Source: Callorhinchus milii (lineage: Eukaryota). Taken from it: a stretch of 64,000 nt of DNA. The notes beneath the pieces are model-generated. The model had not been told where the DNA came from and ran no database searches. It saw only the letters and a program-made list of their open reading frames with translations. The stretch lies in NCBI RefSeq assembly GCF_018977255.1, contig NW_024704743.1, positions 35,900,001 to 35,964,000 on the forward strand. Reading direction: 5' to 3'. The translations under genes and the position numbers were made by a program. The stretch's first letter is position 1; the number at the start of each line of letters is the position of its first letter. This document shows, piece by piece, positions 62,201 through 64,000 of the stretch.

Positions 62201-62354
62201 TTATTATAAGTGGGCTAAACAAGTGCCATTCTCTTTCAGGTATAGTCTGGTGCGTACTTTACGTATAGCCGACGGTCCAGATGAGGTCCATCTCTCTGCA
62301 GTGGCTAAACTGGAGCTGAGAGAGCAGTTGAAAAGCCTGGTAGGAAAGCTGTAA
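2122..62354 (+). CDS. ACAD11: Acyl-CoA dehydrogenase family member 11, complete 20-exon gene, 776 aa
   Basis: join(2122-2249,4677-4776,6429-6554,7846-8007,8242-8406,8883-9030,10142-10263,10880-10986,12069-12195,18347-18424,19419-19557,21711-21818,24964-25062,55400-55466,55616-55701,56393-56464,57342-57496,60306-60422,61224-61333,62240-62354) = 2331 nt, open throughout. Kinase motifs [28 protein letters not shown] motifs [49 protein letters not shown]. Confidence 0.97.
2482..3785. repeat. C-rich degenerate minisatellite (core CCCGGCAGCCACCCCCCTCC) in ACAD11 intron 1
   Basis: Dozens of ~20-24-bp units built on GGCAGCCA(C/T) and separated by C-runs; explains the Gly/Pro-rich spurious ORFs. Confidence 0.93.
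4008..4432 (+). mobile_element. tRNA-derived SINE with Deu-like central domain (SacSINE1/AmnSINE1-type)
   Basis: Pol III A/B-box-like head (GGCTCAG...GGTTTAAGCCC), central GGTGAACGTTAAAGATCCCA...GGTGTCCTGGCCAA, L2-like tail with (ATT)n. Similar copies at ~9120-9500(-), 11760-12050, 17706-18110, 19950-20250, 34857-35290, 41705-42070 and 60010-60760(-, split). Confidence 0.75.
4677..4776 (+). CDS. ACAD11: ACAD11 exon 2
   Basis: (R)[37 protein letters not shown] flanks. Confidence 0.95.
5285..5760 (+). mobile_element. CR1 LINE 3' fragment
   Basis: Degenerate C-terminal RT text ([14 protein letters not shown]...[11 protein letters not shown]...[11 protein letters not shown]) and an (ATTCTATG)-type tail. 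Confidence 0.8.
6429..6554 (+). CDS. ACAD11: ACAD11 exon 3
   Basis: [42 protein letters not shown]. Confidence 0.95.
6919..7262 (+). mobile_element. tRNA-derived SINE, long form with CORE-like segment and (ATT)n tail
   Basis: Head GGAGTCCCGTAGCGTAGTGG, CCTTGGGCAAGTTT...GCCTCTGTTTACCTAGCAGT segment, tail GGCGCTATATCAAATGCAAGG(ATT)n. Related copies at ~12903-13215(-), 19705-19950(-) and 36490-36885(-). Confidence 0.8.
7846..8007 (+). CDS. ACAD11: ACAD11 exon 4
   Basis: [54 protein letters not shown]. Confidence 0.96.
8242..8406 (+). CDS. ACAD11: ACAD11 exon 5 (kinase catalytic HGD motif)
   Basis: [55 protein letters not shown]. Confidence 0.97.
8883..9030 (+). CDS. ACAD11: ACAD11 exon 6
   Basis: [49 protein letters not shown], donor G|GTGAGT. 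Confidence 0.96.
10142..10263 (+). CDS. ACAD11: ACAD11 exon 7
   Basis: (G)[40 protein letters not shown]. Confidence 0.95.
10880..10986 (+). CDS. ACAD11: ACAD11 exon 8
   Basis: [35 protein letters not shown], donor GG|GTAAGA. Confidence 0.94.
12069..12195 (+). CDS. ACAD11: ACAD11 exon 9 (interdomain linker)
   Basis: [42 protein letters not shown]; phase-compatible with exons 8 and 10. Confidence 0.9.
13541..13559 (+). promoter_or_regulatory. Candidate CTCF-binding motif
   Basis: TGCCCACTAGATGGCACCA closely follows the CTCF core CCAC(T/C)AG(A/G)(T/G)GGC(A/G)C; motif match only. Confidence 0.45.
13600..16390 (-). mobile_element. Degenerate Penelope-like retroelement, split by an L2 insertion at ~14139-15730
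   Basis: Minus-strand text [24 protein letters not shown]...[20 protein letters not shown] (PLE RT 'LPKIHK..PGRPIVS') and [12 protein letters not shown]...VLTFHPTS...[22 protein letters not shown]. The halves rejoin at GAAGGGAAGG / GGAAGAGTCG. Confidence 0.8.
14139..15730 (+). mobile_element. L2-clade LINE, 5'-truncated, frameshifted RT
   Basis: [59 protein letters not shown]; (GTT)n tail. Confidence 0.93.
16410..17325 (-). mobile_element. L2 LINE 3' fragment
   Basis: ORF 16472-17314: [25 protein letters not shown]...[16 protein letters not shown]. Confidence 0.9.
17408..17690 (-). mobile_element. tRNA-derived SINE, short form
   Basis: Reverse complement of the 40853/59044 family (ACTTCCACACGCCTAATAATAATCCC junction). 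Confidence 0.78.
18347..18424 (+). CDS. ACAD11: ACAD11 exon 10
   Basis: [29 protein letters not shown]|...|GTAC. Confidence 0.92.
19419..19557 (+). CDS. ACAD11: ACAD11 exon 11
   Basis: [46 protein letters not shown]. Confidence 0.96.
21711..21818 (+). CDS. ACAD11: ACAD11 exon 12
   Basis: (D)[35 protein letters not shown]. Confidence 0.97.
22252..24646 (+). mobile_element. Possible solo LTR (~1.3 kb after removing the nested L2)
   Basis: TGTGTAAC start and GTTAACA end, near-TSD TTCC/TTCT; non-L2 sequence on both sides of the L2 insertion. Confidence 0.35.
22870..23962 (+). mobile_element. L2 LINE fragment with internal deletion
   Basis: [28 protein letters not shown]...[11 protein letters not shown]; jumps past the YADD region; (GTT)n tail. 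Confidence 0.9.
24964..25062 (+). CDS. ACAD11: ACAD11 exon 13
   Basis: (E)[32 protein letters not shown], donor G|GTGAGT. Confidence 0.97.
25638..25848. mobile_element. Palindromic MITE (same family as 38121-38358)
   Basis: GGGGGAAATACCACCTGGATCTACATTTACT ... AAATAGAGTAAATCTAGAC inverted ends. Confidence 0.6.
27440..29416 (+). mobile_element. L2 LINE retaining the APE endonuclease region but with most of the RT deleted
   Basis: [40 protein letters not shown]; junction SLFEP -> IQLIQ at ~28900-28925; (GTT)n tail. Confidence 0.9.
30195..31435. mobile_element. Non-autonomous Tc1/mariner (pogo/Tigger-like) DNA transposon with nested insertions
   Basis: TA|CAGTAAACCTCACATAAGTC ... GACTTATGTGAGTTTTACTG|TA: 20-bp TIRs with 1 mismatch and TA target duplication. 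Confidence 0.8.
31799..32869 (-). CDS. ACKR4: Atypical chemokine receptor 4 (CCRL1/CCX-CKR), 356 aa, single coding exon nested antisense in ACAD11 intron 13
   Basis: Seven-TM class A GPCR: acidic Tyr-rich N-terminus, [50 protein letters not shown], Ser/Thr C-tail. Acceptor TTTCTTTCTTTAG lies 6 nt upstream of the ATG (exon starts 32875). Same nesting as in mammals. Confidence 0.95.
   Translation of the reverse strand: MEEADAIYYGDYNESYFDDNSSINYEDYIFLCEKDDVRKFAQSFLPAFYTITLILGLAGNSLVIAIYAYYKRIKTKTDLYIMNVAIADLLLLFTLPFWALQAVHGWVVGIALCKICSVLFVMNFNAGMFFLACISVDRYVAISRVTSRPTIGIKGRITCLCVWLLAFLLSIPDLIFTTVANREDMDRCMIIFRSHTETSAKAMVQVLEILLTFVIPLLVMVYCYSKVARALSRVTNVKKRKTFKVLLAVVGLFFLTQVPYNIVKFCRLIDNIYLVITDCQSSKRFDVAIQVTVSIALFHSCLNPILYVFMGATFKSYIVKAVKEYSYLRRQRNRPDTIQYSFNSLSQSEQTTSFTM
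38121..38358. mobile_element. Palindromic MITE with ~55-bp terminal inverted repeats
   Basis: GGGGCGAAATTTCACCAGGATCTAGATTTACTTTATT...AGCAATTCAGA versus TCTGAATTGCT...AATAGAGTAAATCTAGACCCAATTGGAATTTCTCCC. Confidence 0.75.
40853..41168 (+). mobile_element. tRNA(Ala)-like-headed SINE, short form, near full length
   Basis: GTCCTGTAGCTCAGTGGTTAGAGCACTCGCTTTGCAAGTGAGAGACCTGAGTTCAATTCC (A box, TGC anticodon loop, B box); (ATT)n tail. Confidence 0.85.
41170..41560 (-). mobile_element. Old L2 fragment
   Basis: [17 protein letters not shown]...IQNSAAHIL. Confidence 0.75.
42189..42939. mobile_element. MITE of the 38121 family interrupted by an L2 3' fragment (~42230-42730, +)
   Basis: Left end GGAAAAATTCCACCCGAGTTCAGATTTATTCT; right end AAAATAGAGTAAATCTGGAGCCAGATAGAATTTTCTCCC; L2 tail in between. 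Confidence 0.6.
43018..43117. mobile_element. 100-bp Tc1/mariner-type MITE
   Basis: TA|CAGGGCGACCAAAAAGT ... ACTTTTTGGTTACCCTG|TG: 17-bp TIRs with 2 mismatches. Confidence 0.65.
43410..45365 (+). mobile_element. L2 LINE, 5'-truncated, with a 321-aa open RT segment (44030-44995)
   Basis: [59 protein letters not shown]; frameshifts on both sides; (GTT)n tail. Confidence 0.94.
47520..48420 (-). mobile_element. Old L2 fragment
   Basis: [26 protein letters not shown]; (AAC)n tail near 47520. Confidence 0.8.
48560..49320. mobile_element. Two degenerate CR1 3' fragments (plus ~48560-48765, minus ~48780-49320)
   Basis: Minus text [11 protein letters not shown]...[13 protein letters not shown], plus CR1-type 3' UTR similarity to 5285-5760. 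Confidence 0.6.
51545..52255. mobile_element. Two L2 3' ends joined tail-to-tail (+ 51545-51840; - 51845-52255)
   Basis: [14 protein letters not shown] on the plus strand and [14 protein letters not shown] on the minus strand; tails meet at TTGTATACAA. Confidence 0.88.
52815..53627 (-). mobile_element. L2 LINE 3' fragment
   Basis: [14 protein letters not shown]...[19 protein letters not shown]; (AAC)n tail. Confidence 0.9.
54200..55122 (-). mobile_element. CR1 3' fragment interrupted by a TIR element (54716-55088)
   Basis: CR1 tail (GAACATAGGAATAGGAGTAGGCCATTC); CR1-like sequence resumes at AGGTGCGGTGCCC after the insertion. Confidence 0.72.
54716..55088. mobile_element. Non-autonomous DNA transposon with ~55-bp TIRs
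   Basis: TTAGA-TGACGAAAATATATAGAAATTATAATACCTTATAACAATTATAAAACATT is inverted at 55033-55088; flanking duplication AGGTGTG/AGGTGCG. Confidence 0.85.
55400..55466 (+). CDS. ACAD11: ACAD11 exon 14
   Basis: (G)[21 protein letters not shown]. Confidence 0.94.
55616..55701 (+). CDS. ACAD11: ACAD11 exon 15
   Basis: (R)[28 protein letters not shown]. Confidence 0.96.
56393..56464 (+). CDS. ACAD11: ACAD11 exon 16
   Basis: (D)[23 protein letters not shown]. Confidence 0.95.
   Translation, partial: TVFMVDTLRYISTMFKYQFPTCC
57342..57496 (+). CDS. ACAD11: ACAD11 exon 17
   Basis: (G)[51 protein letters not shown]. Confidence 0.97.
59044..59332 (+). mobile_element. tRNA(Ala)-like-headed SINE, short form
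   Basis: Highly similar to 40853-41168 but lacking the B-box segment. Confidence 0.85.
60306..60422 (+). CDS. ACAD11: ACAD11 exon 18
   Basis: [39 protein letters not shown]. Confidence 0.96.
61224..61333 (+). CDS. ACAD11: ACAD11 exon 19
   Basis: [36 protein letters not shown]. Confidence 0.96.
62240..62354 (+). CDS. ACAD11: ACAD11 exon 20 (coding part, to stop)
   Basis: (M)[37 protein letters not shown]. Confidence 0.97.
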
Positions 62355-62588
62355 AGGATACCTCTTGATGCAGATCGTGACTGAGGGGCCTTCCTGAAGA
62401 GCAGTGGCTGAGTTACCAAGCCCTGCGTTGGTGTTTGCCAGTTCCACTCAGCCTGTGAATAGTTTAAGCACCAATAACTGGGGACATCAGACAACACAGG
62501 TTGAGTCACTGCATTGTTAATACTTTGCTATAGGAGCATTGCAGAGGTTGTTGGATTTCATCTCCCCCATAATACTGCAAGTTGGAAT

Positions 62589-62600
62589 AATAAAAATAAA
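62589..62600 (+). terminator. Tandem AATAAA polyadenylation signals, probable ACAD11 3' end
   Basis: AATAAAAATAAA about 235 nt after the stop codon. Confidence 0.6.
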
Positions 62601-62854
62601 TTCAACCACCAATTCACATTTATATAGTACTTTTTACATTGGAAGGACATTACTACAAAAAAGGAAATTAATTTATTGCTTCTTGTTCGGAGTTGATGAG
62701 TAAGGGAACAATTGTGCTGGAGTAAACAAACTTCAGGCAAGCTATAACTCAATAATCAACAGATGCACAATGCAATTCAATGTTAATATAAAGAAAACAC
62801 TGACAATGGAAATTACATACCCTTTCGTATTCACACCTTTTGTTTTTGCTTATC

Positions 62855-63130
62855 ATCAGGTCTTCTGCATATCCCTTGTTCCCTCTGCTCCACAATTGGT
62901 GTCTGTGCTTTCAGCCACTATCCCCCAGATATCTGGAACTCCTTGCCTCAATCCCTCTGTCTTGTTCCTCTTTGCCCATTTTCAAATCATGCTTGAAGAC
63001 TTTTCCTTTTGACCGTGCCTTCGGTCACCTCCTTTCTCTTTCCAGCTTAGTGTCAAACCACACTGCTGTTAAGTGCTCTGAGACGCTATCCATGTGAAGA
63101 GTGCTATATAAGTGCAAGTTGTTGTTGTTC
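62855..63130 (+). mobile_element. L2 3' tail fragment
   Basis: [17 protein letters not shown] and (GTT)n tail. Confidence 0.8.
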
Positions 63131-64000
63131 AACTCATCAGATTCAGAACTAACTGATGAAGTTCAGACTTGTTTACATGATTTCTTGACTGAATTGCAAC
63201 TTCTTATGACTCAAGAACCGGACTACCGAGAAGACTTGTTTCTGACATTCTGACATCTATTGTGAACATCACCTTGGAACCAATCCAGCTCCAAGAACAT
63301 CTAGCCCCCATTCCCTCCTCCTTCTCCACCCCAGGAGAATAGTCACTATCTGCATTCATGAGCACGGTACTGAAATGACTGGATATTGCCAGTGATGCTT
63401 TATCAAGCTTTCGGTAATTGCCTTTTAAAATTGAATAGGAATATAGGAATTATTATCTGACGATCAGTAAATTTGCCAACCTTGGCAGTGTAAGCTAGTA
63501 ATGGTAAAATCTGAACATTTGCTGACCTTCAAAAAAAATCATCTCTGATAAATCACTTTATGATTTGCCTTTCTTTGCAAACTGAAAACCCAGTTTTTTA
63601 CAGTGATCGTGCATAGACTCAATTTGTTTGCAGATTTGTCAACGGAAATGGGTAAGTCTTATTTACAATTAACAGAGCAAATTGTGGCCTTTTGAAGAAT
63701 TTAAATGACATTGATAATTTTAAATGACATCAACTGCACGCACATAATGTAAACCAATATCTTATAATGAATTTACTATCTTATAATGAATGTACTATGG
63801 GCTGAATGGCTTTCTTCTGTGTTGTAAATTTCTATGATAGTTTAATTCAGCTGTTGTAAAGGTCTTGCAGAATTGAACCTTCTTAGCCTGCATTCGACGG
63901 TAACACTTTATTGATTCACTGGATCCAAATAAAATCAATCTCTGCTTCCAAGCTTGTCATTATTTTTTCATATTGCCTAGGATTTTATGACCGATCGACC

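Noticed and set aside
50950..63170. CTGATGA motifs (~50952, ~63153) as hammerhead ribozymes
   Set aside because: I could not find the matching GAAA core and stems I-III by eye.
12340..63800. Short local tandem duplications (~12340, 33940, 35510, 38568, 45826, 51683, 63758)
   Set aside because: Ordinary two-copy slippage events with no shared motif or functional context.
62600..64000. 3' end of a convergent neighbour (DNAJC13 in mammals)
   Set aside because: No recognisable coding exon in the window; the expectation comes from synteny only.

Overview
Vertebrate genomic DNA, most likely a cartilaginous fish. That assignment is an inference from the Deu-domain SINE, L2, CR1 and Penelope repeat landscape. 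The window holds the UBA5 / ACAD11 / ACKR4 locus. (1) The first coding exon of UBA5 lies on the minus strand (573->399) with an apparent 1-nt frameshift in a G12 run. (2) A complete 20-exon ACAD11 gene lies head-to-head with it on the plus strand (ATG 2122, stop 62354; 2331-nt CDS, 776 aa; APH-like kinase domain fused to an acyl-CoA dehydrogenase domain; all introns GT-AG and phase-compatible). (3) The atypical chemokine receptor ACKR4/CCRL1 (31799-32869, minus) is nested antisense in the 30-kb ACAD11 intron 13. The rest is intronic: two GC-rich minisatellites, many L2 fragments, CR1 tails, a split Penelope-like element, two tRNA-derived SINE families, several MITEs and a possible solo LTR. 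I found no convincing wholly new gene system. The best leads are a triplicated start-codon/X-box unit in UBA5, a tail-to-tail L2 hairpin resembling the origin of miR-28/151, a headless ~115-nt retroposon with a fixed 5' end, and an orphan ~300-codon ORF in intron 10. Repeat boundaries are approximate and were read by eye.
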